Shown here: positions 21,301 to 28,180 of the stretch, piece after piece
Layout of the letters: each line of letters starts with the position of its first letter
How positions within the stretch are numbered: the first letter of the stretch is position 1
NCBI GenBank assembly: GCA_963719515.1
Contig: CAVRCJ010000010.1
Coordinates: 416,001-480,000 of the forward strand
Length of the DNA stretch: 64,000 nucleotides
Origin: an uncultured cyanobacterium
GTDB taxonomy: Bacteria; Cyanobacteriota; Cyanobacteriia; CAKZMO01
Direction: 5' to 3'
Translations under genes and position numbers: made by a program
Notes under the pieces: generated by a model
Databases searched by the model: none
The model's input: only the letters and a program-made list of their open reading frames with translations
Told to the model about the DNA's origin: nothing

Positions 21301-22159
21301 CGAGACGGACCACTTTGAGATTGCTGGTACAGACTGCGGCCTACTTAAGCCGGGCGGTGACTGCGTTGTGGCTGTAGAGTTTGTTCCCCAAAGCGCGGGA
21401 GAACATGTCACTCAGCTGCAAGTTAGCAGCAACATCGAGACGTCTCCCATTCCCATCAGCGGAACCGCAACGGCAGGGGAGCGATCGCCCCAATCCCGTC
21501 CGCCCCAAACCCAGCCGCCCGGAGCCCAGCCGCCTCAGACGCAACCTCCCCAAGCTCGCCCTCCCCAAGCCCAAGCGCCCAAAATTCAGGCCCTCAGCCT
21601 ATCGAGCCGCACCGTCGGCCCTGGGGAAGCGGTAGACCTGTGCTACGACGTCACTGGGGCCGATACAATCTCCCTTAGCGACGGCCAGACGACCCGGCCA
21701 TTGAATAATCTAGCGGAATGCCTACCGCTCTCCCCCCAGGCCACCACCACCTACACCCTGATTGCCCAGTCCGGCGAAGAGCAAGTTGAGCAGTCTGTCA
21801 CCATCACGGTAGAAGATGTCGCCGTTGATATCCCGGTGAGAGCCCCCTTAACGCCTCCCCTTCCCTTGTCTCCGGGAAGCGCCGGCAGCGCCCCCCCGGT
21901 CTCCTGCATCGCCAACTCAGTGATCCTGCAGTGGGAGGGATCTGCAGAGTCCTACGAGGTGACCCTAGAGCGCGAAGAGACCGCAGACGATGCTCCGGTC
22001 TGGGTACCGGTGTTCACCCAAACGGTTGACCAGTCCCAGCTCGACGTCTCGGCCTCTGTGGGCAACTTCGGCCTCCACCGTTGGCGGGTGCGATCGCTAG
22101 GCGCATCTGGAAGCAGCAGCGCCTCCGCCTGGCAAACTTTCCTGTGTGTGGTGGAGTAG
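18344..22159 (+). CDS. Large membrane protein: STAND-like P-loop NTPase, TPR-like helices, TM helix and Ig-like (ASH/choice-of-anchor D-like) repeats
   Basis: GPSGAGKTT, LAVID, GNPALL, EAWALHQMG, hydrophobic WLLLGGAALLAGVGAMF, three beta-rich repeats of the type C..L.....C...V.F.P...G...A.L, Pro-rich linkers. Confidence 0.8.
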   Translation: MMQIRRATRDDVRVDMEQRLSAASAGDTEAIAALIERSLILSRVAVRARIEGRCLYIILYGQTGQQDSLVRFIKSGLQQIRIEGVSEIDIALHEDESERSPIWSYRGQLRPSQPVAVLATPKAIPPSTSPRRVITGNYSTQWTSSGIRVDATSSSPQRWVPQSATPPAAQDLFDRQSAIYKATQAIKSGAPLQVHGPSGAGKTTFLRHLIHQQEVQQFGDGIVYIEAYKSLSIDLLQQLFEALYHSNNAVPTKPTLPELYHALRSRNSLAVIDQTAAVDSLDPLIGTVPLLLAAQTCYLWERGEVVPLEAFSDHEALTFVELKLGRALSVDEQRSAMDLCRHLKGNPALLIQHVGIVRRGQSSFAELAQQIDAGFSPDALVMRAASDLSDEERRLLATLAVFGPVPIRAHHLQAIAGVDSISLTELQARGLVWGDDAYRLANNLLAPLQQVWDLTPWYERAVHYFSSWATSQHERIPASGEAASPETLAMLDLLWRLLERSVELHQWSDSLSLCRALDPLLYQYCRWGRWQQIWELGRQAARELEDSATEAWALHQMGSAALCLDDSFAAQAHLAEAQQLRLQAGDMVGAALSQHNLSVVTQTLGKDVTRKEAARPASSAPAAAFVSMPQQLPLKWLLLGGAALLAGVGAMFSLQSSSSEVSVRPGLITFPPQLRSTPSETREIVVYNNSSEALSIDEIVLGDREGNVDTSQDAGDDPALSGSNFQIEENCTDSVLLPEASCTIEAQFTPQSVGAHAATVTIVDDRQPLKTVTLRGVGAVAEAEFEPKSLTFEPQQPDAEPTTQIVTVRNKGAVAFAVATVALEDTTAFSIKADECAGLTLDTRDTCRLVVQFDPPEAGEFAATLTVTPETRSTIWTLPLEAAVSTTPSSGTTPSTPSSPSAPPAPPSPSQAPRLSFPPLRLPPIFTPSPSPAPRPRPRPRLKAELAANVESVAFDDQRAGSTGTERITLTNRGNGDLYFDSITLDETDHFEIAGTDCGLLKPGGDCVVAVEFVPQSAGEHVTQLQVSSNIETSPIPISGTATAGERSPQSRPPQTQPPGAQPPQTQPPQARPPQAQAPKIQALSLSSRTVGPGEAVDLCYDVTGADTISLSDGQTTRPLNNLAECLPLSPQATTTYTLIAQSGEEQVEQSVTITVEDVAVDIPVRAPLTPPLPLSPGSAGSAPPVSCIANSVILQWEGSAESYEVTLEREETADDAPVWVPVFTQTVDQSQLDVSASVGNFGLHRWRVRSLGASGSSSASAWQTFLCVVE

Positions 22160-22177
22160 CGGCGGCCTAAAAACAGG

Positions 22178-23461
22178 CTAGGTCTGGGGCGACATCACCT
22201 TGGAAAGTGCCGCGTAGGCGGCGATCGCCACCACAATGCCGTTGATGGGCACAATGCCCCAGCCCAATTGGCCGGTCACATAAGCCACCGCTGACGCCAG
22301 CACATAGGCAATGACGCCCGCCCAGTTGAATGACGGCTGCGGAATATCTAAAGGGGGAAACTGCTCTCGGCGATAGAGCCAGTAGTCCGCCATGATCACG
22401 CCGCCAATGGGTGGAATAAAGGTGCCCAACAACAGCAGGTAGTTCACCAGCATCTCATAGATGCCGCCCCAGGCCAGCATCAGCGCCACCGTCGCGCCCC
22501 CGAGAACAAACAGGGTGCGCTTGCTGGTGCGGAACATGTTGGCCCCAGCGATGGAAAAGGCGTAGATTGTATTGTCCTGGGTGGTCCACATGTTGAAAAA
22601 GAATAGGACTAGCCCCCCCACCAGCAGGCCTTGCTGCGCCATCACCTTGACGATGTCGGGCTCGCCGTAGACCTGGGCGCAAAAAGCGCCGCTAAAAATC
22701 AAGAATCCGTTGCCCAAAAAAAACGCCAGCAGCATGGCCCAAAAGCCCAGCCGCCCCGATGGGGCAAAGCGGCTCCAGTTGGTAGACTGCGTCCCCCCCG
22801 AGACGAAGGTGCCGACAATGATGGTGATGGCCGCACCGAGGGGCAGCGGGTCCCCTAGCTCGGTGGTCTGTAGCCCCGCAAAGCCGCCTACGTCCCCCGC
22901 AGCGATCGCCAGGCTCCACAGCATCAGGATCACCATGGCCGGGACAGCAATCCGGCTCAGCCAGTCCATGGCCCGGTAGCCGATGTAGGCCGTAGAGCAG
23001 AAAAAATAGGTGAAAAACAGAATGATGAGCCAGTTCCAGGACTCAGGCACTCCGGCCAAGCTGTTCAACAGCTGCGCCATCAGCGCCGAGCCCCAGGCGT
23101 ACCAGCCCACTTGAGTAAAGCCCAGAATAAAATCGACCCAGCGGGAGCCCACGTTGCCGAAGCTAACGCGGGACATGAGCACCGTGGTCAGTCCGGTTTC
23201 AGCGGCGATGTAGCCCAGGAGGGCGGCGTACAGCCCCAGAATAAAGTTGCCCAGCAGAATGACGCCGACCAAGTCTGGAAAGAAGCGAAAGGAGGGACCG
23301 ACTAAGCCCCCGGCAAACAGGGTGCCGGAGTAAAGGGTGAACCCGACTAGGATGGGAGCCAGGGACCACAAGGAGCGGCGAGCGAAGGCAGGAACGGGCT
23401 GAAGGGGAAAGTCTTCAGCGGTGTTCGGAGTTTGTGTGGTGCGAGGCTCGGTAGTTTGCAT
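22178..23461 (-). CDS. codB: Cytosine permease (NCS1 family)
   Basis: Multiple TM segments, VSFGNVGS, GFTQVGWY, NMWTTQDN, IPPIGGVIMADY, IVPINGI. Confidence 0.9.
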   Translation of the reverse strand: MQTTEPRTTQTPNTAEDFPLQPVPAFARRSLWSLAPILVGFTLYSGTLFAGGLVGPSFRFFPDLVGVILLGNFILGLYAALLGYIAAETGLTTVLMSRVSFGNVGSRWVDFILGFTQVGWYAWGSALMAQLLNSLAGVPESWNWLIILFFTYFFCSTAYIGYRAMDWLSRIAVPAMVILMLWSLAIAAGDVGGFAGLQTTELGDPLPLGAAITIIVGTFVSGGTQSTNWSRFAPSGRLGFWAMLLAFFLGNGFLIFSGAFCAQVYGEPDIVKVMAQQGLLVGGLVLFFFNMWTTQDNTIYAFSIAGANMFRTSKRTLFVLGGATVALMLAWGGIYEMLVNYLLLLGTFIPPIGGVIMADYWLYRREQFPPLDIPQPSFNWAGVIAYVLASAVAYVTGQLGWGIVPINGIVVAIAAYAALSKVMSPQT

Positions 23462-23489
23462 GACCTAAACAGTTGCAGCGAGTGGGGCT

Positions 23490-23531
23490 ATTGTGTCTGA
23501 ACAGGCCCAAGGGTGCCGTATCCCAGATTAC
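23490..23531 (-). promoter_or_regulatory. NtcA-dependent promoter candidate for codB
   Basis: GTA-N8-TAC at 23518-23531, then 22 nt, then a -10-like CACAAT (minus strand, 23495-23490). Confidence 0.65.
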
Positions 23532-23656
23532 GACCTAGACTATCTCGCTCTCGGCGAGTTGACTACCACTAGGGGAGCACTCGCGCGGTAAGGTGTCAGA
23601 AATTCGGCGGGTCTATCAATTTGACGACTCGGCGGATGTAGGGACGCCTGAGGCGA

Positions 23657-23959
23657 TCAGTCAGCTTGAGGAGTTTTCGGAGGGGGCGTATTGGTTGCGG
23701 CCCGATGAGCTTTTAGTGCTGCTGGTTCAGCAAGGTCGCTCGGTGGGGGCGGCGGCGTGAAGATGATGATGAAGGTGGCCTCTGGGATGAGGCGGCGGAG
23801 AGTGCGGGCGTGGGCGTCGGCATCGTTGCGTTTGCGGAAGCGGGCGACGGTGATGCGTTGGGCTTTGGGCAATAGGCGGATGATGCTCCAGGGGTGAAGC
23901 TGGGCGCGGTAGGTTTGGCCAGGGCCAAGATCTGCGCCAGGTTGAGATGTTGGTATCAT
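23657..23959 (-). CDS. Small hypothetical protein divergent from the XRE regulator
   Basis: YRAQLHPWSIIRLLP...VARFRKRNDADAH, a type I recall from cyanobacterial accessory regions. Confidence 0.7.
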   Translation of the reverse strand: MIPTSQPGADLGPGQTYRAQLHPWSIIRLLPKAQRITVARFRKRNDADAHARTLRRLIPEATFIIIFTPPPPPSDLAEPAALKAHRAATNTPPPKTPQAD

Positions 23960-24060
23960 GGGGAAATCTTGCCCCGCTGGTGCGGGGTTTGAGAGATGGC
24001 AACTGCCCGAAACTTGCCGGTGGGAGGCAGTTGCCTTTGCGTGTCAATAAAAATAGTAAA

Positions 24061-24076
24061 CGATAAGTACTTATCG
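24061..24076. promoter_or_regulatory. Perfect 16-bp palindrome, candidate XRE operator
   Basis: CGATAAGTACTTATCG between the divergent genes. Confidence 0.6.
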
Positions 24077-24089
24077 CTTGTCAAGTACG

Positions 24090-24299
24090 ATGGGACTGGT
24101 CCGATTGCGAATTCGTGAGATGGCCGATGAGCGCGGCTGGACATTGAAGGATGTTGCCGATCGCTCTGGGGTGCCGTATAGTACGGTGCGCCACTATGCG
24201 CGATCGGAGCTGGCTACGGTTGACTTGTCGTCTGTACAGAAGATTGCTCGCACATTTGAGGCTTTGATTGAGGATTTGCTCGAAGTAGTAAAGGAGTAG
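24090..24299 (+). CDS. XRE-family HTH transcriptional regulator
   Basis: MGLVRLRIREMADERGWTLKDVADRSGVPYSTV. Confidence 0.9.
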   Translation: MGLVRLRIREMADERGWTLKDVADRSGVPYSTVRHYARSELATVDLSSVQKIARTFEALIEDLLEVVKE

Positions 24300-24587
24300 T
24301 GACCAGCAAGGGCCAGGCACCTTTATTCCCCATTGAAATAGATGCAGTAAGCTCTATACAGCTCGACACGATAAAAAATCATCTGAGACTGTTGCGACCG
24401 CCACAACATACAATTTAAAAGCATTCAGAGATATATTGCTTCAGTGAACTCTAGTTTCTAAATTCGTGTTTTTTTAGCAGAATATCTCTGAATTCGTTAT
24501 TTTACTATGCCTGAGGGTACTATTAATACAGGTAGAGTTCGCTCTGGCTGTACAGTTCTTTACATACTCAAGAGCTGAAAGAATACT

Positions 24588-25136
24588 ATGGCTAAACAAG
24601 CAACTAAGCGAAAGACGCGTCCAAATATCAACAAAGTTAGAGCAGAAATTCGTGACCTCGTTGTGCAGCATGGTTATGACGATCAAATCTTGCTGGACTT
24701 TGCAGAATTCGTTAACGGCGGAGCTTTCAAGCCTGTAGAGCTGCGTATGCAAGACCTTAAGGAAGCTGTTATAGCTGAATTTAATTGTGCATCGTACAAG
24801 GATTTAAAGAAAGACAGCAGCTTTCAAATGTTTGTTCGAGAGCACAGTCTCAAAATGAATTCTAAAGCTTCCTGGCTAAAGGTTTACCGAAAGTTTGTGG
24901 GGCTGCCTCAAAGCGAGAAAAATTCTATCAGCGACACATCTATTAATGGTATTGATGTATTGCGAAACTTTTTGCCTTGGAAAGTTTTTGCCTTAGATCC
25001 GAAAACAGCCACCGCTGACCAAATCAAAACTGAGTTCAATAAGCTTGCTAAGAAGCATCATCCTGACCACGGGGGTAATGCAAACGTATTTAAGCAGCTC
25101 AAGGTAATGCGAGATAGCCTGTTAGCCGCATATTAA
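24588..25136 (+). CDS. Protein with C-terminal J-domain
   Basis: PWKVFALD...DQIKTEFNKLAKKHHPDHGG; AT-richer than the flanks. Confidence 0.85.
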   Translation: MAKQATKRKTRPNINKVRAEIRDLVVQHGYDDQILLDFAEFVNGGAFKPVELRMQDLKEAVIAEFNCASYKDLKKDSSFQMFVREHSLKMNSKASWLKVYRKFVGLPQSEKNSISDTSINGIDVLRNFLPWKVFALDPKTATADQIKTEFNKLAKKHHPDHGGNANVFKQLKVMRDSLLAAY

Positions 25137-25161
25137 AAATTTAAAGATAGCTTCAGAATCA

Positions 25162-26172
25162 ATGGGAAAGTGCAATATTACGGGTAAAGAACTAGCCAGC
25201 GCCCTGGATATTAAGGAAGAGCGTCTGCTTGAAATTTGTGAGTTTTTCGATCTTGATCCAGATGACGATTGGGAGCTAATAAAAGATACCCACTTCAAGT
25301 GGGGACCTTACGGCGCAAGAATATTCAGCCCAGAGGGAGCAGTTGAAATCTGTCACTATCTGGAAAAAAATAAACAGGAACGTCCTCGTCTGAAGCGCTG
25401 GGAGCGATGGCTATTTCAACGCGATCGCCGCTTAAAGGGCCTGATGGTTGCAAAGCGCGTTCAAGAAATCAGCCAGCTTGAAGGGCAGATTGTTTTCAAT
25501 AGCGGCAGAGCGTTTCTGGAACCAAGAGCTTGCCGCGAAGTACTTGGACTTGGAACACGCCAAGATATATTGAATAGAACTTTTCAGGAGATCCAGCGAT
25601 CTGACAACGTGGAGCTTGAACCGCTGAAAATTGACGTTGACTTTTTCATTCATGAGAGAAGTGCTCGCTGCTTTAGCCGTTCTGGCCTCGCCTCAGTAAG
25701 TAAGCAGTTAGGAGTTCGGCTTTCTCAGAAGCACCGCCAGGAGTGGATGAAGGCTGTTGCCGATTATGCGCCTTCGGCCCTAGAAACGATTGAGAATCAC
25801 GAAGCAGATCGAGCAAAGCGTATCACGCGAGCAATGAACAAAATTCGCAAACAAGCGAAAGGTAGATGTCAACTAACCAACCGCCCTAAAGCAATATATA
25901 AGTTTAATCTAGAGGTTCATCACCTTTTTGATAAAAATGCTTATCCACAGCTTGCTGATATGGAGACCAATCTCATTGCTGTTGCATCTGATATTCATGC
26001 CCACTTTCATCAGTGGATGGGTGGTACACATATTACCTGTACTGTAGAAGATATGGAACGCTATATTGACGAATTTGGAAACTCCCTTTTTGATGATGAT
26101 CGTGCAGAACAGGCGACAAAAGTAGCTATTGCTCTATCTATAGCAAAGAAAACACTAAGACCATTGATTTAA
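25162..26172 (+). CDS. Protein with C-terminal HNH-like nuclease domain
   Basis: GRCQLT...LEVHHLF...NLIAV...IHAHFH. Confidence 0.75.
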   Translation: MGKCNITGKELASALDIKEERLLEICEFFDLDPDDDWELIKDTHFKWGPYGARIFSPEGAVEICHYLEKNKQERPRLKRWERWLFQRDRRLKGLMVAKRVQEISQLEGQIVFNSGRAFLEPRACREVLGLGTRQDILNRTFQEIQRSDNVELEPLKIDVDFFIHERSARCFSRSGLASVSKQLGVRLSQKHRQEWMKAVADYAPSALETIENHEADRAKRITRAMNKIRKQAKGRCQLTNRPKAIYKFNLEVHHLFDKNAYPQLADMETNLIAVASDIHAHFHQWMGGTHITCTVEDMERYIDEFGNSLFDDDRAEQATKVAIALSIAKKTLRPLI

Positions 26173-26212
26173 TTAGCACTTTTGCATATCTACCCATTCT
26201 TAGTTGTTACCG

Positions 26213-26884
26213 TTAAATCAGCTCCGGGTCTTCCCCCAACTCCCGCAACCGAGCCGCCAGCCGCTCCGCTCGCTCCTCCGGCGTCAAAAGCCGCTTCCCA
26301 ACTCCATCAAACCACCCCAACATCTCCAGGGCATCACCGCCCGAAACTCTCTCAAATCGCCCAATCCCCAAACCAATCTACGGCATCCAAAACGGCTCGC
26401 CAAGCTGCAACTGGTACACCCCATCCACCAGCTTGTAAACCTCAAACGGCTGATGCCCGTCCCGTTGCCAAAACTCCGGGTTATAGACAATGTCATACAA
26501 CACGCCCAGCTTGCTGTAAATCTCCAGCTTCTCGCCATACTCCCCACCCGGCGTCCAAGACACCACCTCCAGCGCCAGCGTAGGAACGACCTGCTCCTCC
26601 CAAACCACGTAGCTGCGGCGCAACTTCCCATCCTTCCGCCGCTTCACCCCCAAACTAAGGAACCCATCCGGTACAACCGGCACCCTAGGATGCACACCAG
26701 TCGTGTGGTAGATTCCCATATCCACGCCAAAGAACCAGTCATTGCGATCGGCCCATAGCGCCTTGAGGACAAACAGAAGGATGTTGGGAATTAGGTTCTG
26801 TAGCTGATCATCCACAGGCAAACCGTCTGAGTCGGGCAGCTCAGCGCTAAAGGGTAGACGGCTATCGACATCGGGTTGAACCAT
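26213..26884 (-). pseudogene. Uma2-family endonuclease with an in-frame nonsense codon
   Basis: The Uma2 sequence (VPDGFLSLG, LEVVS, EYGEKLEIY) reads WMP-TAG(26378-26380)-IGLGIGR...TPEERAERLAARLRELGEDPELI in one frame. Confidence 0.85.
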
Positions 26885-26932
26885 AGGACAGAATAGCCTC
26901 AGCCTGATTTCAGGGCAACTACAGTGCAAAGA

Positions 26933-27307
26933 TCAAGACGATAAATAATTCTGAGCTTGCTCAACAAACACCTTTGCCGCTGTAAAAATTGTTGCCGCCT
27001 GCTCCCGCGTTAAAAATACGGTAACCTCGTAGTCACTCAGCCTTCGGAGGTCATAAGCATTGCTCAATGCCCGCGCCAAATCAACCGGCAGTTCTTCGCT
27101 TTTGATGAAATACTGACCAAAGGCTTGAATAGCCCCTTTGTGTGTCTTGTTGCTGATTCCCTTTGAGGACAATAATGCCTGGGTCGCATGGTACATAGCG
27201 TAGTAAGACCGCGAGATGCAAGCCCGATGCCTCTCATTCACTAGAAGTATCTCAGCCGTTTCTAGTTCATCCCGCGCTAGGTTTAGAAATGGGTCAATTT
27301 GACTCAC
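26933..27307 (-). CDS. HEPN-domain toxin
   Basis: ISRSYYAMYHA, KTHKG, LRRLSDY; 4-nt overlap with the MNT gene. Confidence 0.9.
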   Translation of the reverse strand: MSQIDPFLNLARDELETAEILLVNERHRACISRSYYAMYHATQALLSSKGISNKTHKGAIQAFGQYFIKSEELPVDLARALSNAYDLRRLSDYEVTVFLTREQAATIFTAAKVFVEQAQNYLSS

Positions 27308-27690
27308 ACAGCAAGTCCTTCCTGCCGAATGACTTCCAGCAAAGGCGACTCCCGATGCTGATAGTCATCAGCTGAAACTGGCACTACCGAAATCAGCTCA
27401 TCGTACTTAAGATTTAGCGTCGTCTTCACGTCACCCATGCGAAAAATCTCATCGCCGGGAGAAATAGGCCCTTGGAGAACCACCATCACATCTACATCAG
27501 ACTCCGCCGTTGCCTCCTGCCTTGCATAGGAGCCATAGAGAATTAAGCCAGCAAGGCGATCGCCGTACAGCTCAATCAACCCTTGGCGAAATTCCTGCAG
27601 CAGGCAGCTTATTTTTTTGCTCGCAACCGCGCTCAAGTCAGATGGCTCCAGGCCAGGGAGTTTGGAGATATCAAGATCAGATTGAACCAT
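27304..27690 (-). CDS. Minimal nucleotidyltransferase (MNT) antitoxin
   Basis: GS-X10-DXD motif (GSYARQEATAESDVD), C-terminal EVIRQEG. The start was taken at the ATG at 27690. Confidence 0.9.
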   Translation of the reverse strand: MVQSDLDISKLPGLEPSDLSAVASKKISCLLQEFRQGLIELYGDRLAGLILYGSYARQEATAESDVDVMVVLQGPISPGDEIFRMGDVKTTLNLKYDELISVVPVSADDYQHRESPLLEVIRQEGLAV

Positions 27691-27750
27691 GCAGCCGTAC
27701 TTATACAAACTCCACAGTGGCTTTGGCGTTCAGCAACGTACATACTCTAT

Positions 27751-28142
27751 GTGACATCCTCCCGACGCTGACAGCAAGCTGTACAGCGCGGGCTTCCTCA
27801 GTGACTCCCAGCTATTGCCGAGACATATCCTGAGATAGGTTTATACTCCGCCTGATGCCCCACGGCAGAGTTTTGAATTTTCATCTCCGCGAGGGAGGAT
27901 ACGCACTATGTGTCGCAGATACATTTGCAAACTGAGGAACGGGTGACTTGCAGCTTTCGCCTACGGGCCCGTCACACTCTTTGCGGGGTGTATCACCTTG
28001 CTATCTCTATCATACCAACTGCTAGCCTCAGCGCTGAGCGCACTATCCGCTGTGCATCATTTTGCGGGCGCACTTCGGCTAGCGCGACTCTCATCCCGAC
28101 GCTCACCCTGACGGGTAGAGCGCGGGGCTTCCTGTCTAGTCG
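27751..28142 (-). mobile_element. 392-bp non-autonomous IS200/IS605 (tnpB-derived) element, copy 1
   Basis: Near-identical (2 differences seen) to 63351-63742. It has related subterminal hairpins at both ends, a right end GATGTCAC, TTAG next to the left end, no TSD, and a decayed tnpB C-terminus (NSAVGH...AIAG). Confidence 0.85.
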
Positions 28143-28180
28143 CTAACTCAAGAGTACCGACACCTCTATCTTAAAGCCGC

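Noticed and set aside
20518..21411. 297-aa minus-strand ORF and other long antisense ORFs in dnaE, dnaK and der
   Set aside because: These are shadow frames of GC-rich coding genes with no motifs.
27910..28146. Duplicated 78-aa ORF (also 63347-63583)
   Set aside because: It lies antisense within the repeated element and has no RBS or motif. The duplication is explained by the element.
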